A stretch of DNA of 64,000 bases, taken from the NCBI GenBank assembly GCA_963665845.2, contig OY762492.1:3456001-3520000 (forward strand). The letters are read 5' to 3'. The translations under genes and the position numbers were made by a program. The DNA is from Candidatus Poribacteria bacterium. Lineage in GTDB: Bacteria > Poribacteria > WGA-4E > GCA-2687025. Under the pieces are notes generated by a model, which searched no databases, was not told where the DNA came from, and saw only the letters and a program-made list of their open reading frames with translations. This document shows positions 51,598 through 59,576 of this stretch, in pieces (within the stretch, counting starts at the first letter, position 1; each line of letters starts with the position of its first letter).

Positions 51598-52422
51598 GGC
51601 AGTACGCTCATACGATGATTATGGTAGAATCCGATTTAAATTGGCTCAACAGGAGAATCGCAAATGGCCCGCCCACGCTCGTATCGTCACGACATTCGCT
51701 GCATCCACTGCGGATCCAACTGGATGGTGAAAAACGGCAAAGACGGCGAAAAGCAGACATACCTTTGCCAGGATTGCAATACCCGACACACTCCATCGGG
51801 AAAACGCCGCTGGTATTCGAAAGAAATCAAAGATCAAGCGGTGAAAATGTATGAGAACGGAACCAGCGGTCGCGCCATCGCCCGCATTCTAGGGGTAAGT
51901 CCCAGCGCGGTCTACAGGTGGATCAAAAAAAAAGCTGAACATGCGCTGCGGGTGAGGGAAGAGCGGAGAAAAAACAACCTGAAAAAGCGCATGGCCAAAG
52001 CGATCGCGATCGATGAGATGGTGACTTATCAGCGCGCCCGAAGGGGTCCTGGTCAGAAGAAGGTGTGGATTTGGACCGCGCTCATTGAATGGTTTGATGG
52101 GTCTCTGTCGTTCGATTTTGTCGTTGGAGATCGTACGGCGGAGACCTTTCAGAAGCTCATGGATCGTCTGCCTGTGGCGGAGACGTATCATACGGATGGA
52201 TATGGCGTGTATGATGAGATTTCGCGTCGTCATCGTGTCATCGGCAAGGGAGGAAAGGTGAACCGCAACGAGTCGCTTCATTCTCGTCTTCGGGAGAGTT
52301 TATACCGCTTTCGTCGGGGCGCCAAAGGTCTTACGCGGAGCCTCTGGATGCTTGAGGCTTCGATTGCTCTCGTCGCTGTCATGAAAGGGTTTTTATGAAT
52401 ATCATCGCCTGTAGAGACTGCC
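51598..52422 (+). mobile_element. IS1-family insertion sequence
   Basis: imperfect 21-bp TIRs ggcagtacgctcatacgatga / tcatcgcctgtagagactgcc around a transposase; no TSD seen. Confidence 0.85.
51664..52398 (+). CDS. IS1 family transposase (single in-frame ORF)
   Basis: CIHCGS..CQDC zinc ribbon, HTH, IDEM, TDGY and NES DDE residues. Confidence 0.9.
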   Translation: MARPRSYRHDIRCIHCGSNWMVKNGKDGEKQTYLCQDCNTRHTPSGKRRWYSKEIKDQAVKMYENGTSGRAIARILGVSPSAVYRWIKKKAEHALRVREERRKNNLKKRMAKAIAIDEMVTYQRARRGPGQKKVWIWTALIEWFDGSLSFDFVVGDRTAETFQKLMDRLPVAETYHTDGYGVYDEISRRHRVIGKGGKVNRNESLHSRLRESLYRFRRGAKGLTRSLWMLEASIALVAVMKGFL

Positions 52423-52579
52423 GTCCAGAACCCTTGCGCTTTACCCGACGTCATTCCCGCGCCCCTCTTCGGCGCCGATCCTACCTGTCGTCATTTCCGC
52501 GCCCCACTTTCTGTCATTCCCGCGTAAGCGGGAATCTTAAGGCGCCTCATGCAAAGTTAGCGTTCATGTTAGGATTTGA

Positions 52580-52957
52580 TCAGGCGTAGTCGGTCAACGC
52601 GCCTATCAGATACGGCAATTCGGACGCGACGCGCGAGTTGGACGCGACGATGTCGACCCCAAGCTCCTTCGCTTTTTGAAACGCTTCAACGTTCATATGG
52701 CTTCCGAAGGCGAGCAGCGGCAGCGTCTCGGCAAGCGGTCCCGATTTCACCTCTTCGATGAACCCGACCCAGTCGAACCCGTCTTTGTCCATGGAGACGA
52801 GCGCGGCGGTGAATTCGTTTTCTTTAAGCCGCCGCCGCGCAATCTCTAAGTTGCCCGCCCCGGTCGCTTCATAGCCGAGAACCTTGGCGCCTTCCAGCAG
52901 TTTGGCGAAGAAGAACAGGTCGGCGATGATGAGCAGTTTGCCTTTGCTTTCGGTCAT
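52580..52957 (-). CDS. small receiver-like domain protein
   Basis: DLFF..K, LLAFGSH, AKELGVD; canonical phospho-Asp not evident. Confidence 0.55.
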   Translation of the reverse strand: MTESKGKLLIIADLFFFAKLLEGAKVLGYEATGAGNLEIARRRLKENEFTAALVSMDKDGFDWVGFIEEVKSGPLAETLPLLAFGSHMNVEAFQKAKELGVDIVASNSRVASELPYLIGALTDYA

Positions 52958-53502
52958 ACCTTCTCCTTTGGCGTCCATACCGTTTCATCTTGCCCGCCGC
53001 GTATCGCGACGGCGCGCGCCGCGACAAAAAGCAGATCGGACAGGCGGTTCAGATAGATGAGCGCGGACGGATGGACAGGCTCCTTTTCGGCGAGAGCCGC
53101 GACGCGCCGTTCCGCCCGCCTGCAGACGGCCCGCGCGGTATGAAGCGCCGCCGCGGCGCGGTTTCCCCTCGGCAGAATGAACTGTTTCAGCGGCGGAAGC
53201 TCCTTTTCAAGCTGGTCTATGCCGCGCTCAAGGTCCTCCGCCGCGTTCTCGTCCATCATCGGCGAGTCGCTTTTCGGCGCGGCGAGGTCGGCTCCCAGCT
53301 CAAACAGGCGCGCTTGCGACGCGGCCAGAATGTCCAGCAGGTCGCCGTTTCGCGCGTCCAGCTCCGCGTCTGCCGCGCCGAGAAAAGCGTTCAGCTCGTC
53401 CACGGCGCCAATCGCTTCCATGCGGGGCGAACTTTTAGAGATTCGCCCCGCGCCGAAGAGATCGGTCTCTCCGCTGTCGCCGCGCTTGGTGTAAATCTTC
53501 AC
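52954..53502 (-). CDS. pduO: cob(I)alamin adenosyltransferase, PduO type
   Basis: KIYTKRGDSGET, GAVDELN, FILP, RAVCRRAERR, YLNRLSDLLF; GTG start. Confidence 0.93.
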   Translation of the reverse strand: MKIYTKRGDSGETDLFGAGRISKSSPRMEAIGAVDELNAFLGAADAELDARNGDLLDILAASQARLFELGADLAAPKSDSPMMDENAAEDLERGIDQLEKELPPLKQFILPRGNRAAAALHTARAVCRRAERRVAALAEKEPVHPSALIYLNRLSDLLFVAARAVAIRGGQDETVWTPKEKV

Positions 53503-53783
53503 GCGACCGTTTCGGCGGTGTCGCCGTCGTCCGCTTCCTCTTCCGCCTCTTCTTCGATGTCGACCCGTTCGCCGCCGCATGATTCCGCCCGGCGGGCGCG
53601 TTTCTCTTTGGAGAGTTCGACGCAAGCGTCCATCGTCTGGACCGCTTCGTCAACGCACTCGCTGACGCAGGATTTGACGCCCAGCAGCAGCTCCCGCTTT
53701 GCGTTCGTGAAATGTGTAACAAACTCTTCTGGCCAGATGGACAGAAACTCAGATGCCGCTTCTTCAAAGATGCTCGCGCTCAT
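53499..53783 (-). CDS. small acidic hypothetical protein
   Basis: GAGGAG before ATG; PEEFVTHFTNAKRELLLG; GTGA coupling to pduO. Confidence 0.65.
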   Translation of the reverse strand: MSASIFEEAASEFLSIWPEEFVTHFTNAKRELLLGVKSCVSECVDEAVQTMDACVELSKEKRARRAESCGGERVDIEEEAEEEADDGDTAETVA

Positions 53784-53811
53784 GTCGTTCTCCTCATGTG
53801 AATGCCTGTCT

Positions 53812-56352
53812 TTAGTATGCCAGCTCCCAGCCGACATAGTAAAGCGCGCCGTTGAAACCAAACGGGGCGGATCGGCGCGAATACGCAAAAACGCCCGGCG
53901 AATCGACAATGATATTGCCGTTCGCGTCCAGGATCGTTCCGCCCCGCGCCTGACCGATCTTGTTCGCGTCCGGCGTCGCATTGAACAGGTTGTTCGCCCC
54001 GAATTTCAGCCGCGCCGTCTCGCTGATGTTGAAAGCGATCTGCGCGTCCGTAACGATCTTGGGCGAATAGGTCTGGCTCCGTCCGCCGTCAATGACCGTG
54101 TATGCGCCGTAGCGGTGCGCGGCAAGGTCGATGTCCAGCCCTTCGCCTCGATACCGCGCCGACCATGAGAACCGATCTTTCGGCTGCCACGTTTCAATGA
54201 TGGAGCGGTCCTGCTCCGAAAAAAGCGATTCAGGCAGATCGGCGGGCAGATTCACATCCGTAATCTCCGTCTCCGTCACATTGCCCGCGACGCTCAAAGT
54301 CAGAATGCCGCTCTCGCCGACCGGCTGCATGTAGGTTGCCACCACATCCATGCCGTTCGTTTCGGTGTCCGCGGCGTTCATGAAGAACTGCGCCCCGGCG
54401 ACGCCTGCGGACGAAAGCGCGGTTCGCACAGCGTCGGGAAGCGAGTCGTCGCCCGCTTGCGCGCGTCCGCTGATGATGATGCGGTCTTCAATGGCGATGC
54501 GGTACACATCCGCCGTCACGGTGAATTGCGAATGCGGACGCATAATGACGCCCCCGCCGATATTGACAGCGGTCTCTTCGCTCAGCTCCGGCACTCCGAC
54601 CGCCTTCGCGATCTCGCTGTCGTTGCGGAAGGTGCCAATCTCCTGCGGAATGTTTTCGCCCGTCACAGGGTCAATGTTGAACTGCGTGCTGACATTGTTG
54701 AAATACAGCTGCTGCATGGACGGCGCCCGAAAGCCGGTGCTGATGGAGGATCGGAACGCCAGCTCCTCGGTCAGTTCCAGCCGCGCGGCGATCTTGCCGT
54801 TGGCGGTCGCGCCGAAGTCGCTGTAATTTTCAACGCGGACGGCGGGGCTAATCAGAAACGACTCGCTCAAATTCAGCTCAAGGTCGGCGTATCCGGAGAT
54901 TGCCGTGCGGTCTTCGTCCACAACGTTCGTCGGCTGAAAACCAGGGAAGACCTGAATGCCGCCGGAGGCTCCGCCTGGGCCGTCGTAGTCTTTATAGGAC
55001 AGCTCCTCGCCCTCTCGAATTTCATAGCTGTCAAGGCGGAATTCGGCGCCCCAAGCCAGATGCCCCGCGTCCATGAACGGGTACGCGAAATCAAGATTGG
55101 CGGTCGTCAACCCAAGCTGCAGTCCGCCCGCGTCCGCCGACGTTTCGTCAGGGTCAGGACCGTTCGCGGCGACGCGCGAGGCGTTGTGCGAATTGCTGAT
55201 GGTGAAGTCGAACGTGTTCAGCCCGCCCGAAAGGCTTGCGTCGATTCGCATGCCGTTCTCCAGCTCTTTTTCCGCCCCAAGCGCGACCGAATAATCAAAG
55301 ACGTCCGTATTGATGAGCGGAAGAAAGCCGTCCGGATAGAGCGAGCCTTCAGGGTTTCTATCCAGCTGATTGGCGCGGCGGTAGAATCCCGCGCTTTCGT
55401 TGTTTCGGGACGAGATGTCAAAGGAACCGTACAGGTTGTATCCGCCCGCCGGCAGCGATCCGTTCAAGACCAGCGCATACTGCGTGGAGGCGGCGTCGCC
55501 CAGTCGGAAGTTGAGTCGGTCAAATTTCGCCTCTTTGCTTCCGGGGTCCGATTCGATCATTGGCGGATCGCTGCCTTCCACAAGCGTTGTGCTTGGAAAT
55601 TGAACGTTGCCGGTGAGGCCGGCGCGGTTGGTCGCTTCTCTGTCGCGGAATTCTGCCGCGATATGCAGCGCGCCTTCTTTTCCGAGCCGCAGGCTGTGGT
55701 AGGCGTTCAGGAGCGTTGTCGCGCCGTCGCCTTCATGGGTGATCCCGTAAGAGGTGGAAAAACCGCCGCCGAACTCGTCTTTCAGGATGATGTTCATAAC
55801 GCCGGCGATGGCGTCGGTGCCGTACTGGGCGGAGGCGCCGTCGCGCAAAATCTCGATGCGCTGGATGGCGGCGGCGGGTATCGCGTTCATGTCGACGCCG
55901 GCGGTTCCGCGTCCGACGGAGGTGTTGACATGGATGAGCGCGCTGCCGTGGCGCCGTTTTCCGTTCACCAGAACCAGCGCCTGGTCAGGTCCGAGGCCGC
56001 GCAGCGTCGCCGGACGGAGCGCGTCGGTGCCGTCGGAGATGGAGGAGCTGGAGAAGTTGAAAGAGGGCGCGAGCGTTTGCAGGATGCGCCCCAGTTCAGT
56101 ATGCCCCGTTTGCCGCATCTGCGTTTCGGTGATCACATCCACAGGGGCGGGCGAGTCGAGTCGGCTGCGTTCAGGAGCGCGCGTCCCGACCGTGACGACA
56201 GGGTCTAACTCCGCGTCGGTTTCGGTTGACGATTCCGTTTCTTCGGTAGTTTCCTCTTCTTCATGCTGGTCGGCTTGTAGAGCCGCGCCAAAGAGCATCG
56301 ACGCAAAAGCCGCTGTCCAAAAGACATATATCCATCGTTCAGTTCGCTTCAT
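53812..56352 (-). CDS. TonB-dependent receptor
   Basis: VVTVGTR, PVDVI, LRGLGPDQ.LVLVNGKRRH, RIEILRDGASAQYG.DAIAGV, STGFRAPS, GANNLFN, terminal aromatic residue. Confidence 0.95.
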   Translation of the reverse strand: MKRTERWIYVFWTAAFASMLFGAALQADQHEEEETTEETESSTETDAELDPVVTVGTRAPERSRLDSPAPVDVITETQMRQTGHTELGRILQTLAPSFNFSSSSISDGTDALRPATLRGLGPDQALVLVNGKRRHGSALIHVNTSVGRGTAGVDMNAIPAAAIQRIEILRDGASAQYGTDAIAGVMNIILKDEFGGGFSTSYGITHEGDGATTLLNAYHSLRLGKEGALHIAAEFRDREATNRAGLTGNVQFPSTTLVEGSDPPMIESDPGSKEAKFDRLNFRLGDAASTQYALVLNGSLPAGGYNLYGSFDISSRNNESAGFYRRANQLDRNPEGSLYPDGFLPLINTDVFDYSVALGAEKELENGMRIDASLSGGLNTFDFTISNSHNASRVAANGPDPDETSADAGGLQLGLTTANLDFAYPFMDAGHLAWGAEFRLDSYEIREGEELSYKDYDGPGGASGGIQVFPGFQPTNVVDEDRTAISGYADLELNLSESFLISPAVRVENYSDFGATANGKIAARLELTEELAFRSSISTGFRAPSMQQLYFNNVSTQFNIDPVTGENIPQEIGTFRNDSEIAKAVGVPELSEETAVNIGGGVIMRPHSQFTVTADVYRIAIEDRIIISGRAQAGDDSLPDAVRTALSSAGVAGAQFFMNAADTETNGMDVVATYMQPVGESGILTLSVAGNVTETEITDVNLPADLPESLFSEQDRSIIETWQPKDRFSWSARYRGEGLDIDLAAHRYGAYTVIDGGRSQTYSPKIVTDAQIAFNISETARLKFGANNLFNATPDANKIGQARGGTILDANGNIIVDSPGVFAYSRRSAPFGFNGALYYVGWELAY

Positions 56353-56452
56353 GAGACATCCTCTCCGCTTTCCGTAGACCGTCCAAAATGAACCGATTTT
56401 CGCATGAGAGTATAACGGCAATCGGGCTGCGCGTCTATATTGGCGTTTCTGA

Positions 56453-56607
56453 GGCAGTACCTACAGGCGATGATATGCATTTTTGCGCGACTGCCTGCGG
56501 ATCCAGGCCGTCATTCCCGCGCAAGCGGGAATCCAGAGTTTTTCCATAGAGCCTTCGCATTCCAAAACGGCGCTCTAAAATCGAAATCATCGCCTATAGA
56601 GACTGCC
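56453..56607. mobile_element. MITE with IS1-family ends carrying a REP
   Basis: TIRs ggcagtacctacaggcgatga / tcatcgcctatagagactgcc; 8-bp direct repeat gtttctga on both sides. Confidence 0.88.
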
Positions 56608-56782
56608 GTTTCTGAGGCAGTACGCTCATGCGATGGACTTCATTTTGACCTTAAAGCGTTGGCGCCGCTTGTCGTCATTCCCGCCCTTGCGATAAAACGT
56701 GCGGGAATCTAGAGGCGTTTCAGAAGACGTCCGCATTCGCCAGGCGGAATGTCCCAACTAAAGATGTGATGTCGGAAGCTTG

Positions 56783-56950
56783 CTGACCTTATGCTTAAAG
56801 TTGGGACATTTGAACCGACGATCGCTCTATTCATGGGAAAAAGGCGCCGCCAACCAGACCGTCATTCCCGCGTAAGCGGGAATCTAGAGGCGCCGCAGAA
56901 GACGTCCGCGTTCGCATGCCGACATGTCCCAACTTAAGACGTAAGGTCAG
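56783..56950 (+). mobile_element. MITE, CTGACC-end family, carrying a REP
   Basis: ctgaccttatgcttaaagttgggacat / atgtcccaacttaagacgtaaggtcag; flanked by aagcttg on both sides. Confidence 0.85.
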
Positions 56951-56960
56951 AAGCTTGCAG

Positions 56961-56989
56961 TTGACAGCCGGCGCATGATCAGGCATACT
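56961..56989 (+). promoter_or_regulatory. sigma70-type promoter of rpsT
   Basis: TTGACA-17 bp-CATACT. Confidence 0.6.
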
Positions 56990-57018
56990 TTAAACAACTT
57001 TGACCTAGGAATAAGCGA

Positions 57019-57342
57019 ATGTCTCGACGAACAGCGGAGAAGAAATACACCAGCACTGAAGAGCGCGTCGCCTATAAAAACCGCGTCAAGCGGAGCATCA
57101 TCGCAAATGCGGAGAGGAAGCGGCTGCGAAACCGTCGCGTCATGTCGTCGCTGCGGACCGCTCTCAAAAAGGCGCGGTTCAACATCGCCGCCCAGAGCGA
57201 AGACGCCCAAGAAAGCGTCCTGCGCGCCGTCAGCCTTCTCGACAAAGCGGCGAAAAAAGGCGTCATCAAAAAGCGAACGGCGAACCGCAACAAGTCGCGG
57301 TTGATGAAACGGCATCATCTCGAAACGATCCGCGCCGAGTGA
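57019..57342 (+). CDS. rpsT: 30S ribosomal protein S20
   Basis: RLRNR..SSLRTALKK, LDKAAKKGVIKKRTANRNKSRL. Confidence 0.9.
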   Translation: MSRRTAEKKYTSTEERVAYKNRVKRSIIANAERKRLRNRRVMSSLRTALKKARFNIAAQSEDAQESVLRAVSLLDKAAKKGVIKKRTANRNKSRLMKRHHLETIRAE

Positions 57343-57394
57343 GCGTTTAGACGCGCCTTGGTTTCGATTCCCCCTTGAAAACAGGAGCGTTCGG

Positions 57395-58003
57395 TTGCGG
57401 TACTACCCTGAGAATCTCGCGCGTTTGTTGACGGAGCTGCGCAAGCTCCCTGGCGTGGGCGAGAAGACTGCGCAGCGTCTTGCGTTTCATATGCTGCGCG
57501 AGCCGGCGGAAGATATTCGCCGCCTCGGCAATTTGATTGCAGAGTTGCATGATCATCTGACGCGGTGCGATGTGTGCGGCAGTTTCACCGACAAGGCGCA
57601 GAACCCGTGCAGAATCTGCGAAAGCCCCAACCGCGACCGCAGCGCGATCTGCGTTGTGGAGAAGCCGGACGACATCGCCGTCTTTGAGCGCATGGGCAGC
57701 TACCGCGGGCTTTACCATGTGCTGGGCGGCGTCCTGTCCGCGTTGAACCATGTCCGCCCCGACGATCTGCGCATACCGGAGCTGCTGTCGCGCGTGAAGA
57801 AGGAGCAGACGGCGGAGGTGATCTTGGCGCTGAATCCGAGCGTGGAGGGCAACGCGACCGTCACCTACCTGTCGCGCCAGCTGGAGCCGCTGCCCGCGCG
57901 CGTGACGCAGATCGCATACGGCATTCCGATCGGAAGCGAGATCGAGTATGTGGACGAGGTGACGTTGAACCGCGCCTTGGAGAGCCGAAGCGATGTGCCT
58001 TAA
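57395..58003 (+). CDS. recR: recombination mediator RecR
   Basis: KLPGVGEKTAQRLAF, C4 zinc finger, ICVVE, YHVLGG, EVILALNPSVEG; TTG start. Confidence 0.97.
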   Translation: MRYYPENLARLLTELRKLPGVGEKTAQRLAFHMLREPAEDIRRLGNLIAELHDHLTRCDVCGSFTDKAQNPCRICESPNRDRSAICVVEKPDDIAVFERMGSYRGLYHVLGGVLSALNHVRPDDLRIPELLSRVKKEQTAEVILALNPSVEGNATVTYLSRQLEPLPARVTQIAYGIPIGSEIEYVDEVTLNRALESRSDVP

Positions 58004-58883
58004 GAAGAGTCTCTCGGCAATTCTCGCGCTTTTTTTATGGGCGGGATTTCACACGCGCGCGCAGCAAATCCCGCAGATAGACGCCGACCGCGCGATGGCG
58101 TACTTGACGGCGCAAACGGACCTCGGACCCCGCAACCCAGGCTCGGACGGACACAAGGCGGGGCGCGACTATCTCGCCGCCGAGCTGAAAAAATGGGCGG
58201 ACGAGGTACATCTTCAGCCGTTCACCCACAAAAAGATTGAGATGTGGAACATCGCTGCAACTTTCGGCGAGGGGGAGAATCCTGTCCTGCTGTGCGCCCA
58301 CTGGGACACGCGCCCGTTCGCCGAGCATGACCCGAAGAAAGAGAATCGCAAAACGCCTATTTTAGGGGCGAACGACGGCGCTTCCGGCGTCGCGGTACTT
58401 CTTGAGATGGCGCGTCAATTTCATGCGGCGCCGCTTCCGTATCCTGTCGTCATCGTGTTGTTTGACGGGGAAGATTACGGTCCGACGACCGATGAGATGT
58501 TTCTCGGCTCCACCTACTACGCCGCGAATCCGATTCCGTCCAAGCCCCGCTTTGCGATTCTGCTCGACATGGTTGGGGACGCCGATTTGTCGATACCGGT
58601 AGAGCCGTTTTCGTATCGGGCGGCGCCGGAGCTGGTGAAAGGCGTATGGAAAACGGCGCATGAAATCGGCGCGGACGCCTTCGTCGAACGAATGGGTCCG
58701 GCGATACTGGACGACCATATTCCGCTCATCAAGGCGGGCATTCCCGCCATCGACATCATCGATTTCTCATACCCGCACTGGCACACCATCGCGGACACTC
58801 CCGACAAATGCTCCGCTCAAAGTTTGAAAACGGTAGGGGATGTTGTGCTGCGGTATCTGTTCACGCGCGTGTCGCCTCCATGA
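57993..58883 (+). CDS. M28 family peptidase / glutaminyl-cyclase-like
   Basis: GPRNPGS, AHWDTR, GANDGASG, FDGED, LDMVG, DDH, WHT. Confidence 0.9.
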   Translation: MCLKKSLSAILALFLWAGFHTRAQQIPQIDADRAMAYLTAQTDLGPRNPGSDGHKAGRDYLAAELKKWADEVHLQPFTHKKIEMWNIAATFGEGENPVLLCAHWDTRPFAEHDPKKENRKTPILGANDGASGVAVLLEMARQFHAAPLPYPVVIVLFDGEDYGPTTDEMFLGSTYYAANPIPSKPRFAILLDMVGDADLSIPVEPFSYRAAPELVKGVWKTAHEIGADAFVERMGPAILDDHIPLIKAGIPAIDIIDFSYPHWHTIADTPDKCSAQSLKTVGDVVLRYLFTRVSPP

Positions 58884-59524
58884 CGGCGGCGGAGGCAATT
58901 CGAGAGGCGTTCTCGGAGGCGTCTCTTCCGCTTTCGGATCGTCAAGCGCGCGCGTTTACGGCGCATGCGGAGCTGATGCTGCGCTGGAATCGGACGCATA
59001 ATTTGACGCGGATCGCGACGCCTGCCCAGATTGCGCGGCGCCATTTTTTGGACTCGGCGGCTGTTCTTGACCATGTTGATGCGCCGTCTGGAGCGTTGAC
59101 TGCGGACATCGGATCGGGGGCGGGGTTTCCAGGGCTTGCGGTGGCGGCGTACCGCCCGGATCTGCGCGTTCGTCTTTTTGAGTCGTCCTCCAAAAAAGCC
59201 TCCTTTTTAATGGCGGCGCTGCCGGCGGTCGGCGCCGGCAACGTTCAGGTTGAGCATACCCGCTTGACGGTCGGCGCGTCCATAGCGAACAGCGGCGCGT
59301 ATGATCTTATTCTGTCCCGTTATACAGGCTCGCTGGAATGGCTGGGTCGATTGAGCGGGCAAATGTTGAAATCGGGCGGATGGCTTGCGGCGCATAAGTT
59401 TGACGACGCGGACGAACGGGAGGCGCTGGCGCGTTTCCCGGACGAGTTTGGCGCGCGGCATGTAGAATGGCGCTCTGACGCCCGTTTGGACGCGCGGCGC
59501 CGTTTTGCGCTGGCGCAGTTTTGA
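58880..59524 (+). CDS. rsmG: 16S rRNA m7G527 methyltransferase
   Basis: WNRTHNLT, HFLDS, DIGSGAGFPG, ES..KKASFL. Confidence 0.93.
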   Translation: MTAAEAIREAFSEASLPLSDRQARAFTAHAELMLRWNRTHNLTRIATPAQIARRHFLDSAAVLDHVDAPSGALTADIGSGAGFPGLAVAAYRPDLRVRLFESSSKKASFLMAALPAVGAGNVQVEHTRLTVGASIANSGAYDLILSRYTGSLEWLGRLSGQMLKSGGWLAAHKFDDADEREALARFPDEFGARHVEWRSDARLDARRRFALAQF

Positions 59525-59576
59525 GCGCGCGGGCGTTTGGCGCTAAACTGAAGACCATTCGGCGCTGGACAAAACG

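Noticed and set aside
54457-56208. 583-aa plus-strand ORF
   Set aside because: Antisense shadow of the TonB-dependent receptor.
56353-56452. Cobalamin riboswitch upstream of the TonB receptor-pduO genes
   Set aside because: No B12-box recognised; the leader is short and followed by MITEs. A covariance search would be needed to exclude it fully.
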